Positions 63,922-64,000 of a stretch of 64,000 bases of DNA are shown here, piece after piece. Within the stretch, counting starts at the first letter, position 1. Each line of letters starts with the position of its first letter. This stretch comes from Octopus bimaculoides. Lineage: Eukaryota. Location of the stretch: the NCBI RefSeq assembly GCF_001194135.2, contig NC_068988.1, positions 81,341,658 to 81,405,657 on the forward strand, read 5' to 3'. A program made the translations under genes and the position numbers. Below the pieces are notes generated by a model. That model was given only the letters and a program-made list of their open reading frames with translations. It had not been told where the DNA came from and ran no database searches.

Positions 63922-64000
<79 letters not shown>
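63740..64000. repeat. (TCTA)n microsatellite
   Basis: Directly visible to the window end. Confidence 0.95.

Overview
Animal genomic DNA: AT-rich, about 8 kb of N gaps, saturated with microsatellites and interspersed repeats. The tRNA-headed SINE families and RTE 3' tails look like octopus/cephalopod repeats (inference from memory, not a database hit). No host protein-coding gene could be identified with confidence; only weak exon candidates were seen near 8.7-9.3 kb. Recognisable content is almost all decayed transposable elements: RTE, BovB-like RTE, CR1 and RLE-type LINEs, a CsRN1-like Gypsy element with its 3' LTR, Penelope-like elements (PLEs), mariner, maT and Tc1 (DD36E) elements, piggyBac, MITEs and three SINE families. 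The main unannotated signal is a set of minimal type I hammerhead ribozyme (HHR) motifs (CUGANGA...GAAA-palindrome-NUH closed by stem I) in PLE-like terminal repeats. In four places they occur as tail-to-tail pairs converging on one (TA)n tract. Several large fold-back inverted repeats are also present, one enclosing a Penelope GIY-YIG endonuclease fragment. All alignments and folds were done by eye; coordinates of decayed elements are approximate.
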